The notes under the pieces: generated by a model
Told to the model about the DNA's origin: nothing
Database searches by the model: none
Seen by the model: only the letters and a program-made list of their open reading frames with translations
In this document: positions 27,427 through 36,149 of the stretch, piece after piece
How positions within the stretch are numbered: position 1 is the first letter of the stretch
How the letters are laid out: each line of letters starts with the position of its first letter
Assembly: GCA_945787655.1 (NCBI GenBank)
Contig: CALZIJ010000008.1
Span: forward strand, 26,644-90,643
Direction: 5' to 3'
DNA length: 64,000 nt
From: Nitrospiria bacterium
Lineage (GTDB): Bacteria; Nitrospirota; Nitrospiria; SBBL01; JAADHI01
Made by a program: the position numbers and the translations under genes

Positions 27427-28707
27427 CTAATTTAAGCCGATAAAGGTTGAACTTTCGATGACACCCGAACTGGAAACCTTCACAGTTTGCTTGTCATCAC
27501 TCATCGACTTATTCTTGGCGACCGCTTCTCCGGTATCCACTTTCGCTTCAGGCTTTTTAATTGGACCTTCCTTTTCATTCGGCAGGCGATCCATGCCATC
27601 TGCCAAGGCTGCGGCTTCGTCTTGTGCCAGCAAATAATCAACAAGCACATCCAAACCGGACACCGTGAATTTATGCTTAAAATCTTTCATCATATCATCC
27701 GCGAAACCGGGGACAATAAACGCTCCCGGATCCATAATCGACTCAATGACATACTCACGCGGAGTGGTTGCATGGGCCTTTCCTGCCTTGACAGCGGCCT
27801 GATATTCAGGTGACTTCAGACGATTTGCAGAGTTTGTTCCTTCGATTAGGAGCGGACCAATTGCACCGGTTTTTGCCACCGAAATCCCCGGAATTTTGTG
27901 ACAAGCGTAGCAGGTCATCTTGGTCACAATTTCTTCCGGACTCTCGGAGCCCAGCGCCACAGGAGGACCTGCCGGTTTTTCTTCTGCCGGCGCAGCATCT
28001 TCTTCATTTGCGCCTAACTCTTCTCCGAAATAGGCTTCCCAATCATCTTTTGCAGTCCATTTCGAAGGATCGTCCCTCATTTGAAGATATGACACAACCG
28101 CCACGATTTCAGTATCGACCAACTGAATTGGCGGTTTATTAATAATCGGCATCGGGCTGACCGTATCATTTGTCCCCTTCAAACCAAAACCTTCCACCAC
28201 GAAACAATTCGGGCAGTATTCAGATTCAATTAAATACTGACCGCCTGTTTCCGCATGGGGCACGATCCCGCTATCTTTTTCACCGTCAGCGAGACGTTTT
28301 TTTGCTTCTTCGTAGCGCGGCTCTTTAACACGCTCATGCGACCGCGCTTCTTCGCTGACCTGGAGCAATTTCTGCGGCTCTGTTTTTAAGGCAATCATAT
28401 TTGGGCAGCGATCTGCTTTTTGCTCCATGAAGAATCGGTGACAGAGCGGACATTGCCCTTTACCGATCGGGCCTTCTCCTCTGGCCAACACCCCAAGAGG
28501 ATCATGCGAACCATAGATAATTTTCTCTCCCATCTCCTGAAGCATCTCAGGAGTCACCGCGCTAACATCAATTGCTACAGCGGCTTCAGGCGCATCCCCT
28601 CGAATTTGTGGCAGCCAGTTGGTATAGGCTGCAAAAATACCGAGAATTGTGCAATACCACAGGGCCACCTTAAAAACAATGATTCCTGCTCCTTTTTTCT
28701 TAGCCAT
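27427..28707 (-). CDS. Membrane-anchored diheme cytochrome c (paralogue of 39321..40520)
   Basis: N-terminal TM helix. CPLCH and CYACH heme motifs. YLIESEYCPNCFVVEGFG and REYVIESIMDPGAFIVPGF blocks. RBS GAGGAG. Confidence 0.8.
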   Translation of the reverse strand: MAKKKGAGIIVFKVALWYCTILGIFAAYTNWLPQIRGDAPEAAVAIDVSAVTPEMLQEMGEKIIYGSHDPLGVLARGEGPIGKGQCPLCHRFFMEQKADRCPNMIALKTEPQKLLQVSEEARSHERVKEPRYEEAKKRLADGEKDSGIVPHAETGGQYLIESEYCPNCFVVEGFGLKGTNDTVSPMPIINKPPIQLVDTEIVAVVSYLQMRDDPSKWTAKDDWEAYFGEELGANEEDAAPAEEKPAGPPVALGSESPEEIVTKMTCYACHKIPGISVAKTGAIGPLLIEGTNSANRLKSPEYQAAVKAGKAHATTPREYVIESIMDPGAFIVPGFADDMMKDFKHKFTVSGLDVLVDYLLAQDEAAALADGMDRLPNEKEGPIKKPEAKVDTGEAVAKNKSMSDDKQTVKVSSSGVIESSTFIGLN

Positions 28708-28797
28708 ACTATCTCCTCTATTCCTCTATTTCTGCATTCACTCTTTCTGGCAGAGGAGAGACTCTCTCCTCTGCCAGCACAATCAATCCTCTATTAA

Positions 28798-30741
28798 TTA
28801 GTGGCTTCCTGCCGGGACAGCAGATCCTGCTGCTTCGGCTGCCGCTTCCGCTGCCACCTTCTCCTTACCTTTACCGGCAAGAGCACTTAACCAGAAGACA
28901 AAGAGGAGCATGGTCCAGAATAGAAGAACGTTGAAAGAATTAATATTCCCCGCATATCCGAGAGGATTGGTAAACGCCCACGGTGAGTTATCCCGGAGAA
29001 TTTCATTGACGTGCCAGTGAAGCCGGACTGAAGAGCGAAGGTAACCCATCACTGCCATGGTCCATGTAAACGCCACTGCAAGCATAAACAGCGCGTAAGC
29101 TCCCCTCACTGACATGCGTCCCCATCGGATTTCACCAACAGATTCCGCCCCTTTCAGCATCTTCACATTCATCCATACGCCTATAAACAAGACGGTCAAT
29201 GTTGAAGCCACCTGCGGAACAGATAACCCAATTCGAACGTTGGCCGGAATAAAATACCCGTAAATACCCAGGAAAACGATATTTGCTTCTGCACCGAACA
29301 CCAAGAAGAAGAGAAACAAATTCCCTTTCCAGGCCCACGGGACTTTCACATTGAAGTTGCACCGCTGGTAGATAATAAAGCAGACGCAGGTTGTCGTAAT
29401 CATGGTGTTAATCGCCGTATTTTTGGCCGACATCACCCCATAGTTTCCAACCACCGGATGCTGCGCACCTCCCATGGCTTTCAACTCCGCAGGAGTCATC
29501 ACCAAGGTATGTGGCGTCAACCATGCAATCGTTGACACAACCAATATCGCAAGCATGTACTTGAAGTAGCGGTGATACCGTTCCGAACCCGGCATTCTTC
29601 CCATCGCCTGGAACAGATAGTAATTCACGGTAATAAAGAGCGTTGCGATCATTGTCGCCTGCATAATAAACACCCAGGCCAACAATCCACCCATTAGCGT
29701 AATTCCCATTTGCTGACGGTAGGCGTAAATTTCACGCATCAACCAATAGCCCGCAAAAGGAAGCGGAATCAAAGCCAAAATCCCCATAAACATGGCGATA
29801 TAGCTCATCCAGTCGTAATGCCCTTTTTCTTCGATGTTTTTGGCTGCGAGGAATTTAAATGCAGCATAGGCCGCCACGACACCGCCACCAAAGGCCGCAT
29901 TCCCTAAAATACGGTGAATCACAATAGGAACCATCAGGGGATTATGCATGACCTTCCAGATATCCCCCAGGAACCTCCCTTGAGCATCAACACCTGCAGG
30001 AGACATCATAAAGCTCACCCAGGTATTCGCCATCACCATCAAAACGATACCTACAGCATTCAGCATGGTGCCTAATGCCAAGTGGCTCCATTTCCAGTCT
30101 CCGTCTCCATCGTTCATGGCATCCCAGCCATAGTAGTAAACGTACAACACACCGCTTTCCAAGATAAAAAGCAGTGCGTAAATATGCATAACCGGCCTAA
30201 AGATGCCTGATAAATAGCGGAAAAACCCTGGATAAAGGGCCAAGAAAGAAAAAATCAAAATCCCGCCCAAAATCGCGGTGACCGAATAGGCCGTCAAACT
30301 GATTTTCATCATTTCGTGAGCAAGATCGTCAAATTTCTTTCCTGCTTTTCGATCTTTCCCATACTGGAGAATGCCGATCAGCTCCATGACCCACACAAAC
30401 ATGGGAACCGCCAAAACAAAACTCCCGAAATAAAGATGCTGCTGATTGGCAATCCAGATTATTGTCCGACTTTGAAAGTCGCCATAAGAACCATAATCAT
30501 CCGGATAAACCATTTCTTTTGCAGGAGGGCCGGAAACAATCCCAAACTCTCCCGGCCCTTTATAGAAGACATCTTTTGCTTTTTCCGGCTCTGCATCCCC
30601 TTCTGCTGCTGCTTCGGCGGCTTTTTCTTCCGCTGCCATCACAACTGCAGGGGTGAATGGGAGAAGAACGAGCATTCCAATCATGCTCAGAAGAAGCCAT
30701 GCTCCTATTTTCTTTTTTTTCTCTCCGTTAAGATTTAACAT
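28798..30741 (-). CDS. Cytochrome bd-like (CydA-like) polytopic membrane protein
   Basis: LFILESGVLYVYYYGW resembles E. coli CydA AFFLESTFVGLFFFGW. NTWVSFMMSPAG resembles ANGWMQNP. IVIHRILGNAAFGG resembles the His186 helix. There are more than 12 TM segments and the long Q-loop is absent. The start was set to the ATG at 30741, after GAGGAGG. Confidence 0.8.
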   Translation of the reverse strand: MLNLNGEKKKKIGAWLLLSMIGMLVLLPFTPAVVMAAEEKAAEAAAEGDAEPEKAKDVFYKGPGEFGIVSGPPAKEMVYPDDYGSYGDFQSRTIIWIANQQHLYFGSFVLAVPMFVWVMELIGILQYGKDRKAGKKFDDLAHEMMKISLTAYSVTAILGGILIFSFLALYPGFFRYLSGIFRPVMHIYALLFILESGVLYVYYYGWDAMNDGDGDWKWSHLALGTMLNAVGIVLMVMANTWVSFMMSPAGVDAQGRFLGDIWKVMHNPLMVPIVIHRILGNAAFGGGVVAAYAAFKFLAAKNIEEKGHYDWMSYIAMFMGILALIPLPFAGYWLMREIYAYRQQMGITLMGGLLAWVFIMQATMIATLFITVNYYLFQAMGRMPGSERYHRYFKYMLAILVVSTIAWLTPHTLVMTPAELKAMGGAQHPVVGNYGVMSAKNTAINTMITTTCVCFIIYQRCNFNVKVPWAWKGNLFLFFLVFGAEANIVFLGIYGYFIPANVRIGLSVPQVASTLTVLFIGVWMNVKMLKGAESVGEIRWGRMSVRGAYALFMLAVAFTWTMAVMGYLRSSVRLHWHVNEILRDNSPWAFTNPLGYAGNINSFNVLLFWTMLLFVFWLSALAGKGKEKVAAEAAAEAAGSAVPAGSH

Positions 30742-30873
30742 TAATTTTTCCTCCTCAAGGAAATTTAAGGAAAGTGAACACAACCACCTTTCCCTGCCTG
30801 ACCATTAAAACCTTCTTTATTGAGCTTCACTACTCCACAGCTCATTCATCTCAAATCTTTAATTCCTCGGAAA

Positions 30874-31020
30874 TTAATAAGGGTATGCGAGATTCTGAAG
30901 CACCATGAGCGACTTGTTCAAAAAAACAACATAATATAAAAATGATGCGGCGGCCATAATCGCACCAAAAACAATTTTTTGGCCAATACCAACTTTTTGC
31001 TCTTCTTTGTTTTCTGACAT
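30874..31020 (-). CDS. Candidate small single-TM protein (48 aa) just upstream of the bd-like gene
   Basis: Below the 60-aa cut-off of the track. GAAGGGG lies 8 nt before the ATG. The sequence is MSENKEEQKVGIGQKIVFGAIMAAASFLYYVVFLNKSLMVLQNLAYPY, with one hydrophobic helix. Confidence 0.35.
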   Translation of the reverse strand: MSENKEEQKVGIGQKIVFGAIMAAASFLYYVVFLNKSLMVLQNLAYPY

Positions 31021-31291
31021 TTTACTTACCCCTTCTCTAGATACCCAACAGACTTCAATTTAATACCTCAAAGCACCCAGTGATTGCGCCTTGCCAAAGC
31101 AATTAAACTGATTTAATGGATAAACCCTGGCGGCGCATGCATTGAGTACCAGCTCACCCAGCATAAAAAAACCACAGATATCCAAAACAGCTTTTTCCCT
31201 ATACTTCCTCTTGGCCTGGTTTGCGCCATATCGAAAACCCCCTCTAATATTAAGTGTGCTAATTAACCTTTTCTGGCCTTGAAATGACGGG

Positions 31292-31320
31292 ACTATAGCC
31301 CAATTAAATAGGCTTGTCAA
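31292..31320 (-). promoter_or_regulatory. Sigma70-type promoter candidate for the bd-like/cytochrome operon
   Basis: On the minus strand: TTGACA (31320-31315), a 17-nt spacer, then TATAGT (31297-31292). This implies a ~265-nt leader before the 48-aa ORF. Confidence 0.5.
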
Positions 31321-31419
31321 GCCCAAAAACTTTCAATATTTTCTGCCCGAGACTTGACTTCTTTTGTCTATTTATGGTTATTTGCTATCATTAAACAATT
31401 AGGGGAGGGATTGATTGAA

Positions 31420-31563
31420 ATGAAAATGCCTGAGAAACAAGAAGATGCACCGTACTACTCACATAAAAATTCACCTCTTTTTGATCTTTTTATCATTATC
31501 GGTCTCATTTTTAATGCTTTAATGGTTATTTTTTTCCTTCTGTACTGGTTGGATCTTATTTAA
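31420..31563 (+). CDS. Candidate small single-TM protein (47 aa)
   Basis: The inner ATG of the track ORF 31354..31563 is preceded by AGGGGAGGG. The sequence is MKMPEKQEDAPYYSHKNSPLFDLFIIIGLIFNALMVIFFLLYWLDLI. Confidence 0.3.
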   Translation: MKMPEKQEDAPYYSHKNSPLFDLFIIIGLIFNALMVIFFLLYWLDLI

Positions 31564-31610
31564 ATTGGCGTTAAAATTTTCTGTAAATTACCACACTTTT
31601 TTATTTATTC

Positions 31611-32441
31611 CTACTCTAGTGATTTTGCACACCTAAACCCCACGGCTTCATAGCGATATCCTGGAACCATTTTTAACCTTCCCGAGGTTCTCCCTGCATA
31701 GAGAGAATCTCTCCATGACGACCCTCGCAGAACCTTCATTTCACCCACTTCCGGCCCGGTCGGGTTTTTATCCGGTCCTTTTTTATAGGCTTGGTCGTCA
31801 TACCAATCCTGCACCCATTCCCGCACATTTCCAGCCATGTCATACACACCGTAGGGACTCCTGTCCTGCTCGTATGACCCCACTGTCATTGTAAACACTC
31901 CCCGGTCTTCTTCGCCTTTTAAATTAGCGAATGCGGGCTTGAACTCCTCTTCCCATGGCCAAGCCAACCCTTTTGTGCCTCGGGCCGCCTTTTCCCACTC
32001 TGCTTCAGTCGGCAATCGTAAACCTGCCCATTGACAATATTCATAAGCATCGAGCCAGCTGACGTATATCGCCGGTTGGTTGTGGTGATTAAAATAATGA
32101 ATATCCTTTACATATCGGTTTAATGGTTTCCGGTGTCCGGTTTCGGTAACAAACTGGTTATATTGGTGTTGCGTCACTTCATATTGATGAATCGCAAACG
32201 CATCCAGGAAAACACTGCGCACGGGCTGCTCATCAGCCCCGCCATCATTTGAGCCCATAATAAACTCACCGGCCGGAACCACAATCAACGGGTTTTCCCG
32301 CGGGGGTTCAGAAGCATTAATCGGATTTTGCGCTAAAACAGCCGATTTATCCGCTGGCTTGGATGCTAAAATCATATAAAGTCCTATGCCAGCCAAAAAC
32401 AGAATAAACAGGGTATAAACCCTTACGAATATTTTATTCAT
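31611..32441 (-). CDS. Formylglycine-generating-enzyme family (SUMF1/EgtB/PvdO-type) protein, exported
   Basis: N-terminal anchor/signal. Motifs AGNVREWVQDWY, RGSSW and GFRCA are typical of the FGE-sulfatase domain. Confidence 0.8.
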   Translation of the reverse strand: MNKIFVRVYTLFILFLAGIGLYMILASKPADKSAVLAQNPINASEPPRENPLIVVPAGEFIMGSNDGGADEQPVRSVFLDAFAIHQYEVTQHQYNQFVTETGHRKPLNRYVKDIHYFNHHNQPAIYVSWLDAYEYCQWAGLRLPTEAEWEKAARGTKGLAWPWEEEFKPAFANLKGEEDRGVFTMTVGSYEQDRSPYGVYDMAGNVREWVQDWYDDQAYKKGPDKNPTGPEVGEMKVLRGSSWRDSLYAGRTSGRLKMVPGYRYEAVGFRCAKSLE

Positions 32442-32544
32442 ACGCTTCTTTTTAACCTCTCAGATATTTTAAAAATCAGGTTAGCATAAAGGAAGAAATG
32501 GAATCAAAGTCACAATCACAACTCAACGCCTCCGGCGCAATGGG

Positions 32545-32573
32545 TTGACAGCCAAGGCCCACACCGTTATTAT
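32545..32573 (+). promoter_or_regulatory. Sigma70-type promoter candidate for the second bd-like gene
   Basis: TTGACA (32545-32550), a 17-nt spacer, then TATTAT (32568-32573). Confidence 0.5.
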
Positions 32574-32626
32574 CCGCACTAAATATTTTTCACTTCGTCT
32601 TTGACTTTGTAATTGGACATTTCATC

Positions 32627-34537
32627 ATGAATCGAATCACCCGCCGGGCCGGCTTTTTGATTGCTTTTCTACTGCTGACTGTTTTTTCCTTTTCGACAAC
32701 AACCACCGCATTGGCGGCAGATCCAGATTTAAATCCAGGGTTAAATACCGTTTCTTCAAATACTCCTGAAGATATTTATTATAAAACGCCCGGGACAATT
32801 TCAGGCCCTGCGGCCCCTAAACTAAACTACCCTCAAGATTATGATCGAAGCGGCAATCTCGATAATCGTTCGATCCTCTGGGTGATTATTCAACAACACT
32901 TTTTCTTGGGCAGCTTCATTCTTGGAGTCCCCATGATGGCCTGGATGCTGGAGCTTTTCAGCTTTTTCCGCAGAAAAGCGGACCCGGTGAATTCCAGGAA
33001 GCAGGACGGTCTTGCGCATGAGTTCATGCAAATCGGACTCCCGTTTTACCCGCTGACCATTATTTTCGGTTTTGCATTGCTCGCCGCATTTATTTTTCTT
33101 TATAGTGAATTTTCAAGGTATATGTCGACCATTTTCAAACCGGTCCTGTACCTCTATGTTGTCGTCTTTTTTCTCGAAAATGTATTGCTTTATTCCTACA
33201 CCAAAACATGGGACCGCTGGCAGACCGGGAAAGCCAAGTGGAAACACCTGGGTTTAGGCGCCGCAACCTGCTTTAACGGACTGGTCATTATCTATCTCGC
33301 AAATGCCTTGATGGCCTTTATGATGTCTCCCGCAGGCGTTGATGCCGAAGGCCACTACCTCGGCAACATCTGGAAAGCGGTCAACACCCCGCTTTGGAAC
33401 CCCTTAAATATCCATCGTATTTTAGCCAGTATCATGTTTAGCGGTGCCGTAATCGCGGCCTTTGCCGCTTATCAAATGCTGACCACCCGCGATCCGGAAA
33501 AGCGTGCCCACTATGATTGGATGGGACATGTTTCCATCATGATCGCCATCGTCAACCTGTTCATACTTCCTTTTGCAGGGTATTGGTTTGCAAAAGAAAT
33601 ATTCATCTATCGACAACGGATGGGTGTCACCCTCATGGGCGGTAAACTGAGTTGGCCCTTTATCATGCAGGCCATGCTTATCGGCCTGATCTTCATGACC
33701 GTCACTTATTACCTTTGGCAGGGAACCACACGCATGCTGGGCTCGGAACGATACCGGCATCTGGTGAAATATACGATGCTCATCCTGGCGGCCGCTTTTT
33801 TAATCTGGGCCACGCCTCATACCATTCCGGCCAGCCGGAGTGAATTTAGTGCGATGGGCGGCACGCAACACCCGATCGTTGGATATTACGGCACGATGGC
33901 GGCAAAGAATACGGCAATCAATACCATGATCCTGAGCTTTGGGCTGTGCTATATTATTTTCCATCGGTGCAACAAGGAAATTACTGTTTCATGGGCCAAG
34001 TGGGGGAATTGGGCCATGGCGCTGATGTTTATCGGCGCTGAAGCCTTTGTCATTTTTATTGGCGTGTATGGATTTTTTATTCCGGCCAATGTCCGTGTTC
34101 AACTGGCCTTTCCCCAGTTTATGGCCGCCATCGGCGCTCTGTGTGGCGGCATGCTCCTCAACATCGCCATGCTCCGAAAATCCAAAATCATCGGACCTAT
34201 TCAATGGGGGAAACTCCCCACCTCCGGAGCATTTGCACTCTTTTCCCTGGCCGTCTTTATTTCAACCACCATGGTGCTGATGGGTTATATTCGCTCCTCA
34301 GTCCGGCTTGACTGGCATGTGACCGAAATCTTAAAGGATACCACCCCCTGGGCCGGTACGCCTTCGTTGACCTATGCCATCGGGATGGTCGTTTTTAATG
34401 TCGTGGTATTTTGGTGCATTGCGACATTAATCTTCTGGATGGGGAATCGAAAAACAACGCGGACATTCTCGATGAAAACCAGTCCAGTCTCATCGGGCAC
34501 CTCAAGTACTTCACCCGAAAAATCGCCTTTACCTTAA
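32627..34537 (+). CDS. Second cytochrome bd-like (CydA-like) membrane protein
   Basis: Collinear paralogue of 28798..30741. Shared blocks include FFLENVLLYSYTKTW, MSPAGVDAEGHYLGNIWKAVNTPLWNPLNIHRILAS, HYDWMGH, AGYWFAKEI and MGYIRSSVRLDWHV. Confidence 0.8.
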   Translation: MNRITRRAGFLIAFLLLTVFSFSTTTTALAADPDLNPGLNTVSSNTPEDIYYKTPGTISGPAAPKLNYPQDYDRSGNLDNRSILWVIIQQHFFLGSFILGVPMMAWMLELFSFFRRKADPVNSRKQDGLAHEFMQIGLPFYPLTIIFGFALLAAFIFLYSEFSRYMSTIFKPVLYLYVVVFFLENVLLYSYTKTWDRWQTGKAKWKHLGLGAATCFNGLVIIYLANALMAFMMSPAGVDAEGHYLGNIWKAVNTPLWNPLNIHRILASIMFSGAVIAAFAAYQMLTTRDPEKRAHYDWMGHVSIMIAIVNLFILPFAGYWFAKEIFIYRQRMGVTLMGGKLSWPFIMQAMLIGLIFMTVTYYLWQGTTRMLGSERYRHLVKYTMLILAAAFLIWATPHTIPASRSEFSAMGGTQHPIVGYYGTMAAKNTAINTMILSFGLCYIIFHRCNKEITVSWAKWGNWAMALMFIGAEAFVIFIGVYGFFIPANVRVQLAFPQFMAAIGALCGGMLLNIAMLRKSKIIGPIQWGKLPTSGAFALFSLAVFISTTMVLMGYIRSSVRLDWHVTEILKDTTPWAGTPSLTYAIGMVVFNVVVFWCIATLIFWMGNRKTTRTFSMKTSPVSSGTSSTSPEKSPLP

Positions 34538-34541
34538 ACGC

Positions 34542-35270
34542 TTATATTATTTTAGGAAGCAGTTCAGCCGCTTTTCCACTTAAAGTGACATCGGCAATAT
34601 CCAAAAGATACGGCTTCGGGTTGATTTCTACGACGTAGGCACCAGATTCCTTCGCAATGGATGCAAATGAAGCGGCAGGCTGAACCACACCAGAGGTTCC
34701 AATGACCAACATCGTATCACTGTTTTGACACGCTTGAATGCTTTGCTCCAAATGGCCGCTTTGAATGGCTTCCCCAAACCAGACAATGTCAGGGCGCAAG
34801 AGGCCCTCACATTTTACACACTGGGGAAGAGGCGGTAAATCGAGCGCATGATTTTCCATTTTCTCTCCGCAAACCGTACACCACATTTTCCAAATGTTGC
34901 CATGCATCTCTATCATCTTACGGCTTCCCGCTCTGCCATGCAGTCCGTCTACATTTTGAGTGATTAATAAAAACTGCCGAATGCTTGATTCGAGCAGCGT
35001 TAAGGCCTCATGGGCAGGATTGGCTTTTTTTGCTGCAATAATCCCCCGGCGCCACTGATACCACTCCCAAACCAGTTGAGGATTTCGCTGAAACGCTTCA
35101 GGGGTGGCCAAATCTTCCGCGCGATGCTTTTTCCAGAGTCCGTCTTCTCCGCGAAAGGTTGGGATCCCGCTTTCGGCAGAGATGCCCGCACCGGTTAACA
35201 CCACCACTGCTTCCGAGGACGCAATCTTCTGAGTGACCTTTTTAAGCTGATCATCCACAGCGTTTTTCAA
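34542..35270 (-). CDS. cobB: NAD-dependent protein deacylase (Sir2 family)
   Basis: GAGISAESGIPTFRG, QNVDGLH and a zinc ribbon (CTVC...CVKC). TTG start. Confidence 0.9.
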   Translation of the reverse strand: MKNAVDDQLKKVTQKIASSEAVVVLTGAGISAESGIPTFRGEDGLWKKHRAEDLATPEAFQRNPQLVWEWYQWRRGIIAAKKANPAHEALTLLESSIRQFLLITQNVDGLHGRAGSRKMIEMHGNIWKMWCTVCGEKMENHALDLPPLPQCVKCEGLLRPDIVWFGEAIQSGHLEQSIQACQNSDTMLVIGTSGVVQPAASFASIAKESGAYVVEINPKPYLLDIADVTLSGKAAELLPKII

Positions 35271-35279
35271 ATCAACCCT

Positions 35280-35402
35280 TTAAAAATGAACAGGATTATT
35301 GATGTCAGATTTTTCAAGATTTGAGTCCGGAGAAAATGGCTTTGCAAGGCTTTGTAAATCAGTTGACAGAATAAAATGAAGTGGTAGGCTTTCTATGTTC
35401 AT
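35280..35402 (-). CDS. Candidate 40-aa leader ORF upstream of cobB
   Basis: AAGGAG lies 7 nt before the ATG. The sequence is MNIESLPLHFILSTDLQSLAKPFSPDSNLEKSDINNPVHF. Its stop is 9 nt before the cobB TTG start. It is too short to appear in the ORF track. Confidence 0.3.
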   Translation of the reverse strand: MNIESLPLHFILSTDLQSLAKPFSPDSNLEKSDINNPVHF

Positions 35403-35444
35403 GGTTATTTCTCCTTAACAAAGAATGAACAAAGAGCAGACACG

Positions 35445-35481
35445 CCCCCCTTCAGAACAGCAGACTGAAGGGGGGTTTTTT
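35445..35481 (+). terminator. Strong GC hairpin with T-tract, oriented for the plus strand
   Basis: ccccccttcag (35445-35455) pairs with ctgaagggggg (35465-35475), followed by tttttt. No plus-strand gene ends here. Confidence 0.5.
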
Positions 35482-35552
35482 GTCGAAAAGCGCTTTATGA
35501 TCAGCCAGAAAAGAGGGACAAGTTGATTCCGGGTTGAAAACCCGATGGAAGG

Positions 35553-36119
35553 TCATCGTACCGGATTTTCAGGACCGCGCCCCCTAAACGTATCCACAAA
35601 CTGAAGGACTTTCTTTTTATCCAATCCCTCCAAACGCAGGATCGCGCGCCAGGCCGTTACAACAACAGGATGCTTTTTATCCTCCCGTGTGACCATCAGC
35701 ATGCCATCCCATTGTCCCAAATGTTTTTGAGTTAACTGCTTTAACCACTTGACGTCATCCGGGGCAAGGACTGAACGATCAAAATAAATCACGATGTTGC
35801 CATGCTCCAGGTTATGAACCAAAAGTTCCGGCCGGGTTTCGCTGGCTTCATAGATACTGGGGGGCAGCCAGCGTGGATCATGAGGTCCTGAGGTTGGCGG
35901 GTCTGTCTTGTAAAAACCGCGTGTGCCTTCCGGGATATGCCCATGCCCCTCGTTCTCGTAAAACTCAACCCCTTCAGGAACATCAGGCGGGACCGGCCGC
36001 TTGTTCTGCGCATCGGCCGGAGAAACCGCCAGCAACACCATCAACGACATAATAAAAAAAACGAAACGCACTGGATAACGAGTTGCTTTAAAACTAAGTT
36101 TTATTTCGTATCGCATCAT
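35553..36119 (-). CDS. DUF3105-like exported protein
   Basis: The signal peptide ends ...VSPADA/QN. The PPTSGPH...LVHNLEHGNIVIYF motif is recalled from DUF3105. Confidence 0.6.
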   Translation of the reverse strand: MMRYEIKLSFKATRYPVRFVFFIMSLMVLLAVSPADAQNKRPVPPDVPEGVEFYENEGHGHIPEGTRGFYKTDPPTSGPHDPRWLPPSIYEASETRPELLVHNLEHGNIVIYFDRSVLAPDDVKWLKQLTQKHLGQWDGMLMVTREDKKHPVVVTAWRAILRLEGLDKKKVLQFVDTFRGRGPENPVR

Positions 36120-36149
36120 CAGTCCTCATCATTGGTCAGAAAGCGTTTT

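Noticed and set aside
31060-31326. 88-aa minus-strand ORF in the bd-like operon leader.
   Set aside because: Its start lies upstream of the predicted -35/-10 pair (31320-31292). It has no RBS and no recognisable features, and it overlaps a better-initiated 38-aa frame. It is probably not coding.
34542-35270. The Sir2-domain protein as part of an anti-phage defence system (Thoeris/DSR-like).
   Set aside because: Its 242-aa size, GAGISAESGIPTFRG motif and zinc ribbon are those of housekeeping CobB deacylase. There is no partner effector or sensor domain.
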